A DNA stretch of 64,000 nt from a virus: the IMG/VR virus record IMGVR_UViG_3300035703_000045, positions 29,045-93,044 of that record; one strand, written 5' to 3'. The position numbers and the translations under genes are program-made. Positions 63,999 to 64,000 of the stretch are shown piece by piece (the stretch's first letter is position 1; each line of letters opens with the position of its first letter). The notes below the pieces were generated by a model. The model was not told where the DNA came from and made no database searches. It saw only the letters and a program-made list of their open reading frames with translations.

Positions 63999-64000
63999 AG

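Overview
The window is a gene-dense 64 kb segment of a large contractile-tailed (myovirus-type) dsDNA phage. The host is most likely an actinobacterium, inferred from two WhiB genes, a DUF732-like lipoprotein and several apparently leaderless transcripts. Almost all genes are on the minus strand. In transcription order (right to left) the modules are: tail fibres, 2OG-Fe(II) oxygenase, endolysin and FN3 proteins (56.8-64 kb); terminase, GP88-like protein, metallophosphoesterase, portal, scaffold and major capsid (46.6-55.7 kb); neck, sheath, tube, chaperone, tape measure and baseplate (29.7-46.6 kb); a lone plus-strand island of dps plus four small basic proteins (27.3-28.6 kb); a replication and recombination block with an initiator carrying a palindromic iteron array, loader, DnaB, primase, SNF2 helicase, SSB, PolA, RecA, Cas4-like nuclease and resolvases (12.1-27.2 kb); spoVS and a cluster of small low-complexity proteins (6.2-12.1 kb); and a host-interaction/modification block with a degenerate DpdA/TGT-like protein, HAD-like protein, Nmad1-like protein, WhiB x2, secreted transglycosylase and glycosyltransferase (0-6.2 kb). 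No tRNA, rRNA, CRISPR array, integrase or transposase was recognised. The most notable observations are a shared N-terminal MAKGQDS-x3-PSRKV leader on unrelated proteins, a lambda-O-like iteron origin, a start-less ORF implying a +1 (or -2) frameshift in the tail chaperone, a catalytically eroded DpdA-like protein, and a dormancy/iron-stress gene set. All family assignments come from motif recognition by eye; no database search was run.
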